From assembly GCA_035512635.1 (NCBI GenBank), contig DATKDR010000010.1, positions 55 through 64,054 of the forward strand: a DNA stretch of 64,000 nt. The letters run 5' to 3'. The translations under genes were made by a program, and so were the position numbers. The notes beneath the pieces were generated by a model, which saw only the letters and a program-made list of their open reading frames with translations, searched no databases and had not been told where the DNA came from. Source of the DNA: Longimicrobiales bacterium. Lineage in GTDB: Bacteria > Gemmatimonadota > Gemmatimonadetes > Longimicrobiales > RSA9. Shown here one piece after another: positions 16,166-24,829 of the stretch; the stretch's first letter is position 1, and each line of letters starts with the position of its first letter.

Positions 16166-17227
16166 TCAGGTCAAATCTTCGATGGCGGCGCTCTGCCGCG
16201 GCTGGTCGCCACGAGCGAGGTCCGGCGTCGACTCGCCGCGAGCAATGTCGCTCGTCGGCTCGCCGCGCGTGGCGTCGCGTGTATGCGCGGCCGCAGCGCG
16301 CGCCCGCTCCTTCAGCGCGTCCGCCGACAGGCCCTCCGCGCGCGCCCTATCCTTCGCGGCGTTCGCCGCATCGGATGCGACCCGCCTGGCGCGATCCTTC
16401 ACCTCGTCGACGAAGTTCTCGGGCAGGGCCTCGCGCTTCACGACGGACAGCGCCTCGGAGCCCGCACTACGCGCCGCGCGTGCGGCATCGGACGCGATGC
16501 TGCGCGCCTCGCCCTTGAGCGCGTCGGCGCTCGGGCCCACGCGCTCGTTCTCCCAGCGCGTCGTCGGCGTCGACAGACCGGCGGCCAGTCCGAGCCCGAA
16601 GGCTGCGGCGCCGATGGCCAGCGGATTCTCCTCGAGCGTCGAGACATAGCGTTCGCGGGCGAGGTCCGCGCGCAGCGAGGTCTGCTCCCGGGCGCGATCG
16701 CCCAGGGACTCGACCCGATCACGCACCGACTCGCCGGTGTCGCGCAGCCGGTCCGTCGCCTCGGCGGCCGCGTCAGTCACGCGGTGCTTGAGGTCCGTCG
16801 CCTTCTCCCGCGCGCGATCCGTGAACCCGTGACCTCCGTCCCCCTCGTGAGTGGGGCGGCCGTCGTCGCGTAGCGCCCCCTCGTCCAGCGCGTCGCCCAT
16901 GTAGGGTCCTTTGCGGCCCTCGGCCGGCGCATACGTGCCGGCGCCGGTATCGCCGGAGTGGCCCTGTCGTGATTCCGCCGCGAGCCACGCCGCGCCCGCG
17001 CTCATCAGGGCGACCGGGATCGGGTGGTCCTTCGCGAAGCCGGTCACCGCGTCACCCACCGCGCGCGCCTTCTGCGAGCCGGTGTCGCTCCCGCGCAGCA
17101 TCCAGAGCGCGTGATCGAGGAGCCGTCCCGGCGACAGCTTCCGGTCCAGCGCGTCCACCGTCCCGTCCATCTCAGCACGCTTCCGCTCGATCTCGCGGCG
17201 GATGTCGTCGCTCGTTCGTCCGCTCAT
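16166..17227 (-). CDS. DUF3618-like membrane-anchored protein
   Basis: 353 aa. N-terminal IRREIERKRAEMDGTVDAL, one central TM segment (LAIGAAAFGLGLAAGL) and long charged helical segments. Confidence 0.65.
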   Translation of the reverse strand: MSGRTSDDIRREIERKRAEMDGTVDALDRKLSPGRLLDHALWMLRGSDTGSQKARAVGDAVTGFAKDHPIPVALMSAGAAWLAAESRQGHSGDTGAGTYAPAEGRKGPYMGDALDEGALRDDGRPTHEGDGGHGFTDRAREKATDLKHRVTDAAAEATDRLRDTGESVRDRVESLGDRAREQTSLRADLARERYVSTLEENPLAIGAAAFGLGLAAGLSTPTTRWENERVGPSADALKGEARSIASDAARAARSAGSEALSVVKREALPENFVDEVKDRARRVASDAANAAKDRARAEGLSADALKERARAAAAHTRDATRGEPTSDIARGESTPDLARGDQPRQSAAIEDLT

Positions 17228-17736
17228 GAATGCACCTTCCTTTCAGCCCAGCGCTTGTCTTCCTTCAGGGTTTCGATCGTCTTCGTGGGTTTGAGGCTCT
17301 CGCTGCGCATGCCTTTAAGGCCCTTCCGGACCTTGCTCCAGCCGAACGCGCCGAAAATCAGCGTCAGGATCAGCGGCGACAGCCAGATGGCGATGCCGAT
17401 CCCCATGAAGTTGGCGAGTACCGATGTGAGCGCCGCGTTCACTGTCCACGCGCCGAGCAGCAGCGCCGCCAGCAGCAGTCCGCCGCCGATTGCGAGGCCG
17501 AGCGCGTTCCGCTCGTAGACCTCGAGCTTCTCGCGCATCTCCGTCTTTGCCAGCGCGAGCTCGAGCGACAGCAGATCGCGGCCCTCCGTGGTCAGCGAGC
17601 GCAGCAGCCCGATGATCGACTGTCGATCGCCGCCGTTGTGCGTGCCGCGCGCGAGGGACGGATCGGGCTCGAACTCGGCGTCCACGCCGAGCTCCGCGTC
17701 CGCGTCGAAGCGCGGCTCCGTCGTATAGCCCGTCAT
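17224..17736 (-). CDS. Holin-X-like (phage holin family 3.6-type) small membrane protein
   Basis: 170 aa from ATG 17736 with two TM helices after a charged N-terminus. ATGA overlaps on both sides. Confidence 0.6.
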   Translation of the reverse strand: MTGYTTEPRFDADAELGVDAEFEPDPSLARGTHNGGDRQSIIGLLRSLTTEGRDLLSLELALAKTEMREKLEVYERNALGLAIGGGLLLAALLLGAWTVNAALTSVLANFMGIGIAIWLSPLILTLIFGAFGWSKVRKGLKGMRSESLKPTKTIETLKEDKRWAERKVHS

Positions 17737-18437
17737 GACGCACCTCCCTCGCCGGTCCGCGTGGGGCCGAAGCCGACGTCGCCCGGTCCGGTCCGCGTCG
17801 CGGCCACGCCCGAGCCGGTCGTGCCGTAGCCAGTGCCGGAGTTGCCGTATCCGCTGCTCCCCGCAGCCTCGCTCGTCGCCCGGTCCGCCATTAAGGCCGC
17901 GTCCGGCTCGAACTCCACCTCGACACCCCGATCGGTCGCGCTCGAGCGGTCGTCGCGCGTCGAGGCGCGCAGGAAGCGGCCCGCGGCGAGTCCGGCCGCG
18001 AAGCTCGTTCCGACGAATGCGGCCGGATGCTCGCGCGCCGTGCCCTCCAGATCCGTCACCAGCCCGCGCGTATCGGCCTGGTCGAGATACGTGGCAATGC
18101 GGCGCGCGCGGCCCGACAGGTCGCGCGTCCAGCCCGCGAGCCGCTCCTGCCGGCGGTCGCCGAGCGACGAGGCTGCCGCGTCGAACGCGGCCGCGAGCGC
18201 GTTCACGCTCTCCGAGAGTGTGTGCGTGCGCTCGTCGACCATCCGGTTTGCGCTCTGCTTCACCTGATCCGTGCGCTCGCGTACCTGCGTTTTCACCTGC
18301 TGTCGCGCGTCCCGCACCGAGTCCTTCGCCTGCTGCTTGAATCCCGCGTCCGTGCCGGGTTCGCGTCGGGCGAGGTCCCCACCGTCGCCCGTCGCGCCTC
18401 CGGAACCTCCGGCTCCATTGAGCGCCTGGTCCTCCAT
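17733..18437 (-). CDS. Hypothetical helical protein with one hydrophobic segment
   Basis: 234 aa from ATG 18437 (AAGGGGG SD). Gln/Arg-rich helical region, AAFVGTSFAAGLAAGRFL, and a Gly/Ser/Thr-rich tail. Confidence 0.55.
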   Translation of the reverse strand: MEDQALNGAGGSGGATGDGGDLARREPGTDAGFKQQAKDSVRDARQQVKTQVRERTDQVKQSANRMVDERTHTLSESVNALAAAFDAAASSLGDRRQERLAGWTRDLSGRARRIATYLDQADTRGLVTDLEGTAREHPAAFVGTSFAAGLAAGRFLRASTRDDRSSATDRGVEVEFEPDAALMADRATSEAAGSSGYGNSGTGYGTTGSGVAATRTGPGDVGFGPTRTGEGGAS

Positions 18438-18687
18438 GCTGCCCCCTTGGTTCTTGCAATCCGGGCGGGGTCGTAACTCCCGCAAACTCAACGCACTTGC
18501 GCTGGTCAGTAGAGCAAGTCCCTTGCCGTCGGGATCTGTTTCGCGAGAGGGCCGCGCTGCGATTTCCTCGATGCGAAGGCGAAACGCGCGCACAACGTCG
18601 CGCGCGCGATCGCGAGCGACGCGCGCTAGCTTGTATCGTGTACGCGTGGCGAGGACGAGCCCGTCACCAGCACCCATCGGGAGGCGC

Positions 18688-19545
18688 ATGGCGGAAGCAC
18701 GACGGCGTGCGGGCCGAGAACATCCATCGGGGTCGCGGCCGGATTCCGGCCAGGCTCTGCATGGCGACGAGGATCGCGAGCAGGCGCGGCGGATGGAGTC
18801 GCTCGCCCGCCTCGCGGGCGGCGTCGCTCACGACTTCAACAACATGCTGACCGCCATCAAGGGCTGTGTCTCCTTCGCCCTCGAGGATCTGCCCGCCGAT
18901 CACCCGGTCCGACCGGATCTGGAGCAGGTGGTCGTCGCGTCGGACCGCGCGACCGAGCTGACGCGCAAGCTCCAGCTGTTCAGCCGCGGCCAGCCCGCGC
19001 GTCCCGCCGTACACGACCTCGGCGAGCTCGTCCGGCGCGCCGAGCCTGCGCTCCGTCGTCTGCTACGCGACGACATCGAGCTGCGCATCGACGCCGCAGC
19101 GGAGACCGTGCCGGTGCGCGTCGACCCCGTCCAGGTCGAGCAGGTCGTCGTCCAGCTCGTCCAGAACGCGTGCGACGCCATGCCCGACGGCGGGAGCGTC
19201 GAGATGACGGTGGACGAAGTGCGGCTGGACGACGACGAAGCGGCCGCGCTCGGACCCGCCGTCCGGCCGGGCTCGTGGGCGCGCATCGCGGTCACCGACA
19301 CCGGCCCCGGCATCCCGCCGGAAGCGCGGCCCCACGTGTTCGAGCCCTTCTACAGCACCAAGGAATCCGGCATCGGCATCGGCCTCGGACTCGCCGTCGT
19401 CTACGGCATCGTGCGCCAGGCGGGCGGCCACGTCTTCATCGACGAGCGCGAGGGTACCGGCGCCCGCGTCGTCGTCCATCTGCCTCGATCCGACGCGGAA
19501 TCCGGGTCGCCGGCTCCGTTGACCTCCGAAGGGTCAGCGGGGTAG
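18688..19545 (+). CDS. Histidine kinase core (HisKA plus HATPase_c) with no recognisable sensor domain
   Basis: 285 aa. GGGAGG SD. H-box GGVAHDFNNMLTAI, N-box QLVQNACDAM, and G-boxes DTGPGI and GIGIGLGLA. Confidence 0.8.
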   Translation: MAEARRRAGREHPSGSRPDSGQALHGDEDREQARRMESLARLAGGVAHDFNNMLTAIKGCVSFALEDLPADHPVRPDLEQVVVASDRATELTRKLQLFSRGQPARPAVHDLGELVRRAEPALRRLLRDDIELRIDAAAETVPVRVDPVQVEQVVVQLVQNACDAMPDGGSVEMTVDEVRLDDDEAAALGPAVRPGSWARIAVTDTGPGIPPEARPHVFEPFYSTKESGIGIGLGLAVVYGIVRQAGGHVFIDEREGTGARVVVHLPRSDAESGSPAPLTSEGSAG

Positions 19546-19590
19546 CATTCGAGCCGGTCGCGCGGCGCTCAGGCGCTCAGCACGGCCATC

Positions 19591-19673
<83 letters not shown>

Positions 19674-19790
19674 GTCAACAACAGGCCGTTCGCGAAGGGG
19701 ATCCGCGAGAGGCAGTCGCCTTACGGCTCCGCCGGCTCCCAGAGCCGTTCGGGACCGGCCGCTCCACTTTCCGCGCACGCCGCTCGAGGC

Positions 19791-20258
19791 CTACCCCGCG
19801 AACATCGCCTCCAGGCGGTTCAGGCTGCTAGTCCAGCCCTGCTCGTGCTTGTCCCGATCGGCCTCGGTCACGAAGCCCTCGTGGACCATCACGACCCGCG
19901 TGCCGTCGCCGTCCTTCTCGAAATCGACGATGATGACCGTCTCCTGCGGCGCATCGCCGGGCTCGTCGCCGCCTTCCGGCAGCCACGCCCAGGTGTAGAC
20001 CAGGCGGCTGGGCGGCGTCACCTCGCGGTACGTCCCCACCGCGACGTGCCGCGCGCCACCCTCCGGCTCCTGCATCGCGATCCGGAAGCGCCCGCCTACC
20101 CGCAGGTCGACCTCCGTCTCGGGAATCGTCATGCCTTCGGGCGCGGACCAGCGTTTCAGCTCCTCCGCCCGCGTCCACGCCTCGAACACGCGCTCGCGCG
20201 GCGCACGGATCCGCCGCTCCACCTTCATCCGGAACATCTCGCCCGACTTCGTCTTCAT
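19791..20258 (-). CDS. SRPBCC/AHSA1-like (START fold) protein
   Basis: 155 aa from ATG 20258 (GGAGGAGGG SD). ATGA overlap with arsR, the usual ArsR-SRPBCC pairing. Confidence 0.8.
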   Translation of the reverse strand: MKTKSGEMFRMKVERRIRAPRERVFEAWTRAEELKRWSAPEGMTIPETEVDLRVGGRFRIAMQEPEGGARHVAVGTYREVTPPSRLVYTWAWLPEGGDEPGDAPQETVIIVDFEKDGDGTRVVMVHEGFVTEADRDKHEQGWTSSLNRLEAMFAG

Positions 20259-20596
20259 CTGCCCTCCTCCGTCTCGAGGTAGTGCGCGAGCCGGTCGAGC
20301 TGATCCACCCAGTACCGTCGGTACCGCTCCACCCACTCCGCCGCGCCCGCCATCGCCTCTCCGTCGAACCGGCAGCGGTTCACCCGCCCGTCCGGAACGC
20401 GGTGCACCAGTCCAGCTCGCTCGAGCACGTCCAGATGCTTGGAGATGGCGGGGCGAGAGATGTCGAACGGCTGCGCCAGCTCGCCCACCGTCGCCTCGCC
20501 CTCGCTCAGCCGCGCGAGGATCGCGCGCCGCGTGGGATCGGCGAGGGCGGCGAACACGTGATCGAGCTGCTCGGCCTCGCGCGCACTGGTAACCAT
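20255..20596 (-). CDS. ArsR/SmtB-family transcriptional regulator
   Basis: 113 aa. ALADPTRRAILARL and ISRPAISKHL form a winged HTH. Confidence 0.85.
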   Translation of the reverse strand: MVTSAREAEQLDHVFAALADPTRRAILARLSEGEATVGELAQPFDISRPAISKHLDVLERAGLVHRVPDGRVNRCRFDGEAMAGAAEWVERYRRYWVDQLDRLAHYLETEEGR

Positions 20597-20608
20597 ATGG
20601 TTACCAGT
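20585..20608. promoter_or_regulatory. Perfect 24-bp palindrome ACTGGTAACCAT|ATGGTTACCAGT centred on the arsR start codon
   Basis: Reverse-complement identity checked base by base. The centre lies between 20596 and 20597. Confidence 0.7.
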
Positions 20609-20634
20609 ATGCGCGGTGGGCGTTCTACATGCAA
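20606..20634 (-). promoter_or_regulatory. Candidate arsR promoter TTGCAT-N17-CATACT
   Basis: On the minus strand, -35 at 20634-20629 and -10 at 20611-20606, 9 nt before the ATG. No SD. The -10 overlaps the palindrome. Confidence 0.4.
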
Positions 20635-20647
20635 GGGCAGAGGGGCG

Positions 20648-21007
20648 TCACTCCTCGAAGTCGGTCTCGCCCTTGGGGTGGAGCGTCATGTCGATGGCCA
20701 GCCAGAGCGTCCGCGAGATGGGGAAGAGCAGCAGCGGCAGGGCGATCATGCCGATCACGCCGGTCCAGGTGACGGCCCGCCACGGGACGTCGGGCCAGAG
20801 GATGACGATGCCGGTCACGAGCAGAGCGGTGAACGCGGTCTCGACGCCGACGAGGTTGAGCATCCACGCGCCGATCCAGAAATCGGTCTCGCCGCGGTCG
20901 AGCCGTAGCCCGCACGTCGGGCAGCGGTCCCGGATAGTGAACCAGGAAGGGAAGAGGTTCCCGCCGCCGCACCACGGGCAGCGGCGCGCCAGCCCGCGCC
21001 GGATCAT
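20648..21007 (-). CDS. DUF983-like zinc-ribbon membrane protein
   Basis: CPWCGGGNLF and CPTCG followed by TM helices. ATG 21007 has GGAG 5 nt upstream. The ORF extends to ATG 21112, but that extension has weaker third-position GC and no SD. Confidence 0.7.
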   Translation of the reverse strand: MIRRGLARRCPWCGGGNLFPSWFTIRDRCPTCGLRLDRGETDFWIGAWMLNLVGVETAFTALLVTGIVILWPDVPWRAVTWTGVIGMIALPLLLFPISRTLWLAIDMTLHPKGETDFEE

Positions 21008-21126
21008 CCTGACTCCCGAAGGCTCCGCAGCCTCGTCCACGGCGCCTCCCGCGGCGCCCTCCACAGCGTCCGTGGGACGACTCGCATTGCCGATCCGTTC
21101 GTTTTCAGCCATGCATTCCGCTGTCG

Positions 21127-23070
21127 ATGCGCGCGATTGCCCCGCGCGGCTCTGCCACTCTACCCCGAATCGCCATGACGGCTTCCGCCGCAGCCCTCGC
21201 GCCTCGCCTCGCGCTCGTCACCAGCCTCCTCCTGGCCGCCTGCACGACCACCACCCCCGCGCCTGCGCCTGCCCCGGCGGTGGAACCCGCTCCCGCTCCC
21301 GCTCCCGAGCAGTTCGTCGCCGACGCGGAGCATCGCCTCGCCACGCTGTCCGAGCGCGCGAGCCGCGCGCAGTGGGTGCAGGCGAACTTCATCACGGACG
21401 ACACGGAGCTGCTCGCGTCGCAGGCACTCGAGGCGTACGTCGAGACGCGGACGGCGGCGGCGGTCGGCGCGGCCCGCTACGCGGACGACGCATCGCTCGC
21501 GCCGGACGTCGCCCGCGGACTGCTGCTGCTGCGCGTGGGCATGTCGATGCCGGCGCCTTCGGACTCGGCGAAGCGCGCGGAGGTTACGCGTCTGTCGACG
21601 TCGCTGGACGCGGCGTACGGGCGCGGCAAGTGGTGCCCCGCGAACGCGCCGCGTCCCGCGCTCACCGGCGGTGAGGCGGAGGAGGAGAATCCGTGGGCCG
21701 ATGGCTGCCTCGACATCGGCGAGATGACGGAGATACTCGCGACGAGCCGCGACGAGGGCGAGCTGCGTGCGGTGTGGGAGGGGTGGCGCACGATCTCGCC
21801 GCCGATGCGCGACGACTACCGTCGCTTCGTCGAGCTGATGAACGAGGGCGCGCGCGAGCTCGGCTTCGACGACACGGGCGCGCTGTGGCGCTCGGGCTAC
21901 GACATGACGCCGGCCGAGCTGGAGGCGGAAGTGAATCGCCTGTGGCAGCAGGTGAAGCCGCTCTACGACGAGCTGCACTGCTACGTCCGAGCCGAGCTGT
22001 CCGATTTCTACGGCGCGGACGTCGTGCCGCTCGACGGTCCCATGCCGGCGCACCTGCTGGGCAACATGTGGGCGCAGGACTGGGCGAACGTGTTCGACGT
22101 GGTGGCGCCGGGCGACGTCGATCGCGGCTACGACCTGACCGCCCAGCTCCAGGCGCAGGACTACGATGCGCTGCGCATGGTGCGCACGGCCGAGGGCTTC
22201 TTCACGTCGATGGGCTTCGAGCCGCTGCCCGGGACGTTCTGGGAGCGATCGCTGTTCACGCAGCCGCGCGATCGCGACGTCGTCTGCCACGCGAGCGCGT
22301 GGAACATCGACGACGTCGAGGACCTGCGCATCAAGATGTGCATCACGCCGACGGCGGAGGACTTCCAGACGATCCACCACGAGCTGGGCCACAGCTTCTA
22401 CCAGCGCGCGTACAACCAGCAGCCGTGGCTGTTCCGCGGCGGCGCGCATGACGGCTTCCACGAGGCGATCGGCGATGCGATCGCGCTGTCGACGACGCCT
22501 GCGTACCTGGTACGCATCGGGCTGATCGAGGAGGAGCCGCCGGCGTCCGGCGACATCGCGCTGCTGCTCCAGACCGCGCTGTCGAAGGTCGCGTTCCTGC
22601 CGTTCGGCCTGCTGGTCGATCAGTGGCGCTGGGACGTGTTCTCGGGCGAGACGCCGCCGTCCGGGTACAATCGGGCGTGGTGGGAGCTGCGCGAGCGCTA
22701 TCAGGGCATCGCGCCGCCGTCGCCGCGGGGCGAGGAGTTCTTCGATCCGGGCGCCAAGTACCACATCCCCGGCAACACGCCCTACACGCGCTACTTTCTC
22801 GCCGCGATCCTCCAGTTCCAGTTCCACCGCGCGATGTGCGACATCGCGGGTTACGAGGGACCGCTCCACCGCTGCACCGTATACGATAGCGACGAGGCCG
22901 GTCGCGCCCTCGATGCGATGATGGAGTTGGGGCAGAGCCGCGACTGGCGCGACGCGCTGCAGGCCCTGACGGGTCAGCGCGAGATGGACGCAAGCGCCAT
23001 TGTCGACTATTACGCGCCCTTGATGGTGTGGCTACGCGAGCGGAATGCCGGGGCCAGCTGTGGCTGGTGA
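21127..23070 (+). CDS. M2-family peptidyl-dipeptidase (angiotensin-converting-enzyme homologue)
   Basis: 647 aa. HHELGHSFYQ (HEXXH) and GFHEAIGD. A probable lipoprotein signal (LLLAAC) applies if translation starts at ATG 21175. Confidence 0.9.
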   Translation: MRAIAPRGSATLPRIAMTASAAALAPRLALVTSLLLAACTTTTPAPAPAPAVEPAPAPAPEQFVADAEHRLATLSERASRAQWVQANFITDDTELLASQALEAYVETRTAAAVGAARYADDASLAPDVARGLLLLRVGMSMPAPSDSAKRAEVTRLSTSLDAAYGRGKWCPANAPRPALTGGEAEEENPWADGCLDIGEMTEILATSRDEGELRAVWEGWRTISPPMRDDYRRFVELMNEGARELGFDDTGALWRSGYDMTPAELEAEVNRLWQQVKPLYDELHCYVRAELSDFYGADVVPLDGPMPAHLLGNMWAQDWANVFDVVAPGDVDRGYDLTAQLQAQDYDALRMVRTAEGFFTSMGFEPLPGTFWERSLFTQPRDRDVVCHASAWNIDDVEDLRIKMCITPTAEDFQTIHHELGHSFYQRAYNQQPWLFRGGAHDGFHEAIGDAIALSTTPAYLVRIGLIEEEPPASGDIALLLQTALSKVAFLPFGLLVDQWRWDVFSGETPPSGYNRAWWELRERYQGIAPPSPRGEEFFDPGAKYHIPGNTPYTRYFLAAILQFQFHRAMCDIAGYEGPLHRCTVYDSDEAGRALDAMMELGQSRDWRDALQALTGQREMDASAIVDYYAPLMVWLRERNAGASCGW

Positions 23071-23100
23071 CGTTGGGCCGGCCGTTTCTGCTCGGGAAAG

Positions 23101-23157
23101 GGGAAGCATTCGGTATGGCCTTTCTAAACCAGAAGCGCGTGTGACCGAATGCTTCCC
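23101..23157. repeat. 14-bp perfect inverted repeat GGGAAGCATTCGGT / ACCGAATGCTTCCC with a 29-nt loop
   Basis: Arms at 23101-23114 and 23144-23157. A third partial copy ACCGAATGCT lies at 23186-23195. It sits between convergent genes. Confidence 0.7.
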
Positions 23158-23241
23158 GCCGACAGACCCAGGCGGCTGTCTGATTACCGAATGCTGCGCG
23201 TCCGCCCTGCCGGTCCGGCCGGCCTGAAAACTCGGTAAAGC

Positions 23242-24054
23242 TCAGAAGCGCGTGGCCAAACCGACCCCGAAAAAGAAGTCATCCTCCACGGGCGAATCCA
23301 CGCCCAGGCCGATATGGGCGTCGAGCTGGAGGTCGGGGGTGAGCAGCCACGTCGCGCCGCCGGCGAGGTAGTCCCGTTGGGCGACTCCGCCGCCCTCGAA
23401 CTCCGGGCGGATCGCGAAGTACTCGCCGAATCCGCTCAGTCGCGCGGTGAGCGGAAGATCGAGCGCGACGCTCGCCGCCCACTCGTCGTAGCGGGCGACG
23501 AACTCCGGATCGCGCTGCGCGTAGTTCACGTTGACACCGAGGCCGAGCCGCTCCGTGAAGGACCAGGCGAGGGCCAGCTTCGCCTCCGGCTCCCAGGATT
23601 CCGCCGAGAGCGGCAGATCGTCGTCGCCGGTGGGAACGCCGGTGCCGAGCAGCAGTGCGACGGACGGCAGTCCCTCCGCGAGGCCGCTCTCGTACAGGCC
23701 GAGCTTCATGCCGAGGTGAGCGTCGCCGAAGCCGCTCTCGTCGACCTCGACGAGACCGACGTCGGCGTTGGCCGTGATGAAGGACGGCAGGCCGACCCGC
23801 AGCTCGAGGCCCGGAATCACCCCGAAGCGCAGTAGCGCCTCGCCGAGCCGATGCGAGTCGAGCTCGCCGAAGCGGGCGAAGGTGTAGCCCGCCTCGAGCT
23901 GGAGCGTGCCCGGCGCGACCGAGAGCGTGCGCTCGGTGAAGCGCGGGCGGTCGCTGCTCATCACGTCCTGGGCATCGGCCGGTGCGGCGCTCGCGGCAAC
24001 GAGCAGCACGGCCAGGGCACTGGCGCGCAGTATTCCGCGGTTCCTGCAAGTCAT
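23242..24054 (-). CDS. Outer-membrane beta-barrel protein (MetA-pathway/phenol-degradation-like transporter family)
   Basis: 270 aa. Signal peptide ending ADAQ, alternating beta-strand pattern, C-terminal ...GLATRF. Confidence 0.65.
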   Translation of the reverse strand: MTCRNRGILRASALAVLLVAASAAPADAQDVMSSDRPRFTERTLSVAPGTLQLEAGYTFARFGELDSHRLGEALLRFGVIPGLELRVGLPSFITANADVGLVEVDESGFGDAHLGMKLGLYESGLAEGLPSVALLLGTGVPTGDDDLPLSAESWEPEAKLALAWSFTERLGLGVNVNYAQRDPEFVARYDEWAASVALDLPLTARLSGFGEYFAIRPEFEGGGVAQRDYLAGGATWLLTPDLQLDAHIGLGVDSPVEDDFFFGVGLATRF

Positions 24055-24185
24055 GCGACGACTCCTCGATGTGGGTGCGCGTGTCGAAATCGCCCGGCCA
24101 CAGCCTGTGGGCCGGTCTCCCCACCGCTACACCGGTCCACCGGCACCTCGTTCCCCGCGGGGGAGCGCCGCATTAGACTGTCGCG

Positions 24186-24803
24186 ATGAATCCGCTCCTG
24201 CCGCTGCTTACCGCTTTCGCCGCCGGCTTCAGCCACGCGCTCGCGCCCGACCACGTCGCCGCGGTGGGGACGTTCGTCTCGAGGCGGCCGCGGCCGGTCG
24301 ACTGTCTGCGCTTCGGCACGCGCTGGGGCTTCGGTCACTCGGCATCGGTGATGCTCGCGGGCGGGCTCATTCTGCTGCTGGACGTGAGGGTTTCCGAGCG
24401 GCTGGCGCAGAATCTCGAGCGGGGTGTGGGCGCGATGCTGGTCGGCCTCGGTGTTTGGCTGCTCTGGTGTCTTGCCCACGAGCGCGTGCACGGCCGCCCC
24501 TCGTCGGACAACGAGGGCGGGCGGCGCGGATCCTTCCTGGTCGGCGTGGCGCACGGCCTCGCCGGGACCGCTCCCCTCATCGGCCTGCTCCCGCTCGCCT
24601 TCATCCAGCCGCGCGAGGCCGCGCTCGCCTACCTGCTGCTCTTCAGCGCAGGGACCGTTATCGCGATGGCTCTGTTCGCCGGCGCCGCGGGTCTGGTCCT
24701 CAGCGCCGCGGGTCGCGCCCGTCCCGGGTTGGCTCTCACCTTTCGCTTCGGCGCGGCGCTGGGCAGCGTCGTGATCGGCGCGGTCTGGTTCGCCAGCGTC
24801 TGA
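24186..24803 (+). CDS. NicO/HoxN-superfamily-like metal (Ni/Co) transporter membrane protein
   Basis: 205 aa. HALAPDH and WGFGHSASV resemble NiCoT signature motifs; about 6 TM. TAGACT at 24174-24179 lies 6 nt before the ATG. Confidence 0.5.
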   Translation: MNPLLPLLTAFAAGFSHALAPDHVAAVGTFVSRRPRPVDCLRFGTRWGFGHSASVMLAGGLILLLDVRVSERLAQNLERGVGAMLVGLGVWLLWCLAHERVHGRPSSDNEGGRRGSFLVGVAHGLAGTAPLIGLLPLAFIQPREAALAYLLLFSAGTVIAMALFAGAAGLVLSAAGRARPGLALTFRFGAALGSVVIGAVWFASV

Positions 24804-24829
24804 ACGCCCGCCCGCGAGCGTGATTCGGG

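Noticed and set aside
17224-17736. Holin-like gene as evidence of a prophage lysis cassette
   Set aside because: No endolysin, spanin, capsid, tail or integrase genes are present anywhere in the window. The gene is embedded in a conserved-looking stress operon.
19674-21112. Genomic island integrated next to tRNA-Ser
   Set aside because: There is no integrase, no direct repeat of the tRNA 3' end that I could find, and the composition is similar to the flanks. The adjacent genes are an ordinary arsR/SRPBCC pair.
21160-22869. 569-aa minus-strand ORF opposite the M2 peptidase gene
   Set aside because: Antisense shadow ORF, Arg-rich with no motifs. The same applies to 38158..39702 opposite gltX, 61993..63579 opposite the Bat genes, 32032..34179, 59140..60720 and similar long ORFs.
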